DNA from: Paragordius varius
Lineage: Eukaryota > Animalia > Nematomorpha
Assembly: GCA_964247055.1 (NCBI GenBank)
Contig: OZ176056.1
Location: forward strand, 3,224,001 to 3,288,000
Reading direction: 5' to 3'
Length of the DNA: 64,000 bases
Positions 61,001-64,000 of the stretch are shown here, piece by piece. The translations under genes were made by a program, and so were the position numbers. The number at the start of each line of letters is the position of its first letter. Position 1 is the stretch's first letter. Below the pieces are notes generated by a model. It was given only the letters and a program-made list of their open reading frames with translations, made no database searches and was not told the origin of the DNA.

Positions 61001-63146
61001 GATTGACGAACACCTTGATCGATTTCTATTAACACTTCGATTCAAATTGGGGTGGTTAAATACCCCAGACTAAATTTGTTGAGTTAGGCTTTTTAACAAA
61101 CTCCTGAAGGAAACGGTCTAAATTTAAATTAATGCTTCTCTATCCTAATAAAAATTATACATATATATGCCAAAATATTTAAATAAAAATTTGTTTTGAA
61201 AAAATTTCCACATTAGAAATTTTCATATCAGTAAGTATTTCGAATATAAATTGTCAATTGAGTTTAAAAATTTACGTTTTTTTCCGTTAAGACGCAACAG
61301 ATCAAGTGGCTGAAAAAGGACATCAACTTGAATAAAACGATTGAAAATAGATATGGTAGAAAGAACAATATTATAAATATATGTTTAATTTTCACACCTA
61401 CCTAATATCATCAATTAGGTTTTTATATGCCATCTATTTACCATAATGTGATTCAAACTGTGTTTAATTTCAATTAAAATGATTTATTTAACATAATATA
61501 TATGTCTCTGTTATACTATATTATATATGATAAATCATATCCACCAAAAAGTAACGTTAATACGTATACATAATATATTAAACCAAGCAATAGTGAGATA
61601 ATTTTAGAATGGAAGGAATTAATGTTTAGTCCTCATTAAATTTTTCACATTAAAGCCAATTTATATTTCCTATATATAATTGTTAATTTTACCATATCCA
61701 TTTCGTTCAAATTTAAAAATAATAATATTCACAAATATAGATTTCATAAAATTGAATTGAATTTTTCGCCACAAACTTTATATTATATAATTATATGTAA
61801 AAGATACAGTTTTGTGTGCTTTATCTAATGATATATAAATTTTATATTCTCAATATTTTCTATCTTATAAAATATTTGTTAAAATTTACAAAATATTAAT
61901 TTTTTCTATTCATGCTGGGTCAAAAATATTTTCCGATTCAGATTTGGAATAGTATACTGAATTTAAATTTTATATGGCAGTTAAAAAAGTCCAAATTTGT
62001 TTTCTAGTGTAATTAATATGGATCTCTTTTAAATACAAAGATTTAAACAAATTTTATTTATAAAAACTTTCACATTTACAGAGAATAAATACCTCCCGCC
62101 ATATTCCTTATTCCATTATGATTGGAATTTTCATTGTGTGGCGTATTTTGATTACCATTTTTATGGTTTATTTGATTGAGGTTATTTGGATTGTTTCCGC
62201 TTTCAAAATGATAATTGGCATTATTTAACGTATTTGTTCGTGGCATGGTACGTTCAATATCATGTAATAAATTCTGAATTTCACAAAAAAAATTATAAAT
62301 TAAAGTAAAACATATTCGAAAAATGTCCCTAATCTAACAACTCATAAAAAAGGTGACTCATAAACTGAATTTTTATCAATAATTATATTTGATTAAAACA
62401 TTCCTTTATGGGGTACCCTTAAATCTTAAAACATTAAAGTGGATTAATTAAATTCTTCAAAACCAATTAATTAAATGTTTTATACTTATAATCTTTCTTT
62501 CAAACCAAAAATAAAAAAGTAAAAAAGGAATAATATAAAGCGTAAAATGAAAAATCCGAATCTTTTTTAGAAAACTGTGACATTCATAAAATTTGTAATA
62601 TTGTCATTTTTAAATAAAATTTAATATTTTTAATTGATATTCAAAAACAATTTTTACATGTTGTTTAATATGGCTTTACAGTCATAAGTTAATCGAATAA
62701 TCAATAAAACTCTCCACAAGTCTTATTTATTAATAATATTAATATATTCAAAATATGACCGATTCTATAGCAAAAATTAAAATCTTTAGTTGTGCTGTTG
62801 GTTAAACTTTTTTTCTCATATCCTTTATATTTAAACATACAATATCCACTGTAATAAAAATTAAAAAAAGGATATATATTTGAATTACTTTATCTGCTAA
62901 AATTAAAAATTATCGGTTCTCAACAGTAAAAAACCTTCATGATTTTCTTATTTTACCCTTTATAATTGGTCAATTTCTGTAAAAGTTATATAAAATAACC
63001 ATAAAAATCATACCTGAAATCGTTCAATATCAACGGTTAATTTATTAATTCTTTGGGCATTTTCATCCAATTGACTCGTTATTGTGTTGGGATCTCCCAT
63101 GCGCGGATTTTGTTCATATACTTCACGCATACGTAACATAGCATCT
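55153..63146 (-). CDS. Cip4: 3' part of a CIP4/Toca-1/FNBP1 family protein (HR1 and SH3 domains; F-BAR exons expected beyond the window)
   Basis: Phase-consistent exons 63146-63014, 62273-62093, 57799-57662, 57256-57118, 56303-56020, 55655-55539, 55202-55153. HR1 motif RDAMLRMREVYEQNPRMGDP. SH3 motif [38 protein letters not shown]...EGFIPTSYV. Confidence 0.9.
57821..58058. repeat. ~120-bp imperfect tandem duplication ending in (TA)n
   Basis: 'cat(at)aaaattg..ttaacacaattc.ttttg...tataaaaatcaaataactatata' occurs twice. Confidence 0.75.
58059..62009. mobile_element. Palindromic element made of two head-to-head 3' halves of a CMC (Chapaev3-like) transposon
   Basis: Termini CACTAGACAACAAATTT ... 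AAATTTGTTTTCTAGTG. Arms ~58059-59774 (-) and ~60108-62009 (+) are inverted copies. They encode decayed motifs DGLIYCNDI..KYNPDDWALF and CQMSIKIH..EHLDRFP.N.ISDQVGERMHQDIK. The family assignment is from memory of these motifs and the CAC..GTG ends. Confidence 0.75.
61033..61210. mobile_element. One-ended fragment of the piggyBac-type MITE inserted at TTAA in the right palindrome arm
   Basis: TTAA-CACTTCGATTCAAATTGGGG, followed by sequence matching the reverse complement of ~11300-11460. Confidence 0.75.
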
Positions 63147-63176
63147 CTTAAACAAAGTATTATGATATAAACAAAT

Positions 63177-63211
<35 letters not shown>

Positions 63212-63214
<3 letters not shown>

Positions 63215-63814
63215 CATTTACAGTTCAAATCCACTCTTGTACAATTCAATACCCTCAAATATTTCAAGTTGGTTCTTGAACAGTTCAAGTTGGTCCTTAA
63301 AGGGGTCAAGTTGGTTCGTAAACAGTTCAAGTTGGTCCTTGAACACTTCAAGGTCCTTAAAATTTATAAATTTTGATTTAACTATAATTTTTGCATTTAT
63401 TATTTATTAACCTAATTGTCTTTATTTATTATAAATTTATTCATTCAAAAATATTGAAAAACCACTTTTTCAAACTATTTTTTTAATTGAACAAAATTAT
63501 TACTTTTTAAAAGTTTATAATGAAAAATTTAATTAATAACCCCAAAAACATATATATTTTTTCATTTTGTGTTGAAATCTTATAAATATCCAAAATCATT
63601 TTAAAAAATTAATAAAGATATACGGTTTCTCAGAGATTAAAAGTTGATTTTAAAATCTATGTTAAATAATAGGAAATAGGTTATAAACAATAAAATAGAT
63701 GAATTATTTAAGATTTGATTGATAAAAGTTAAAAACACAAAAGTCAAAGGACCAACTTGAACTGTTCGAGGCCAACTTTAAGTGTTCAAGGACACTCTTG
63801 AAGTGCAAATGGTA
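63212..63814. mobile_element. Foldback element, variant subfamily with 21-bp unit CAAGTTGGTCCTTGAACAGTT
   Basis: TATCATTTACAG ... TGCAAATGGTA ends. Inverted arrays at ~63265-63358 and ~63748-63805. Confidence 0.75.
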
Positions 63815-63818
63815 TAAC

Positions 63819-64000
63819 TACCATTTACTGACCCTAGAACAATTTGGAATCACCCTCGAACAATTTAAATTCACCCTTGAACGAGTCGAATTCACCTTAA
63901 AAATAAATTAAGTGTTTTCGAACTAATCTTTATGACATAGTTTATTATTTTTTTTTGTAATATGTTTTAATTTAAAACAAAATTTTATTTTTTGAAAAAT
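63819..64000. mobile_element. 21-bp-repeat foldback element (copy F, truncated by the window end)
   Basis: TACCATTTAC, then AAATTCACCCTTGAAC units and the shared 'aaaataaatta.gtgttt' block. Confidence 0.8.

Overview
This is a very AT-rich eukaryotic (animal, probably protostome invertebrate) nuclear region. I found no rRNA, tRNA, CRISPR or prokaryotic operon. Manual exon stitching gives at least 7 protein-coding genes: an unknown multi-exon gene (<1-4219, -), MTHFS (11678-13745, +), a small secreted chitin-binding (CBM14-type) prepropeptide missed by the ORF track (15551-17599, +), an orphan membrane-anchored ORF (21598, +), the two giant terminal exons of a >2100-aa disordered protein ending in ETAV (36563-43214, +), ATP synthase subunit b (49440-52296, +) and the 3' half of a Cip4/Toca/FNBP1 gene (55153-63146, -). 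DNA transposons are dense: three hAT-Blackjack-type copies with 8-bp TSDs, a Charlie/Buster-type hAT hosting one of them, a ~3.95-kb palindromic Chapaev3-like element, piggyBac- and Tc1-type MITEs, and a foldback family with 21-bp subterminal repeats. Main highlights: (1) recurrent 21-25-nt spliceosomal introns in three unrelated genes, several forced by homology, next to kb-sized introns, including one candidate GT-TG intron and many degenerate GTT donors; (2) transposon derivatives carrying inverted copies of their own transposase (hairpin or 'Mu killer'-like architecture), seen in two superfamilies; (3) a cationic, Cys-rich chitin-binding peptide precursor. All coordinates were counted by hand; no alignment or database search was run.
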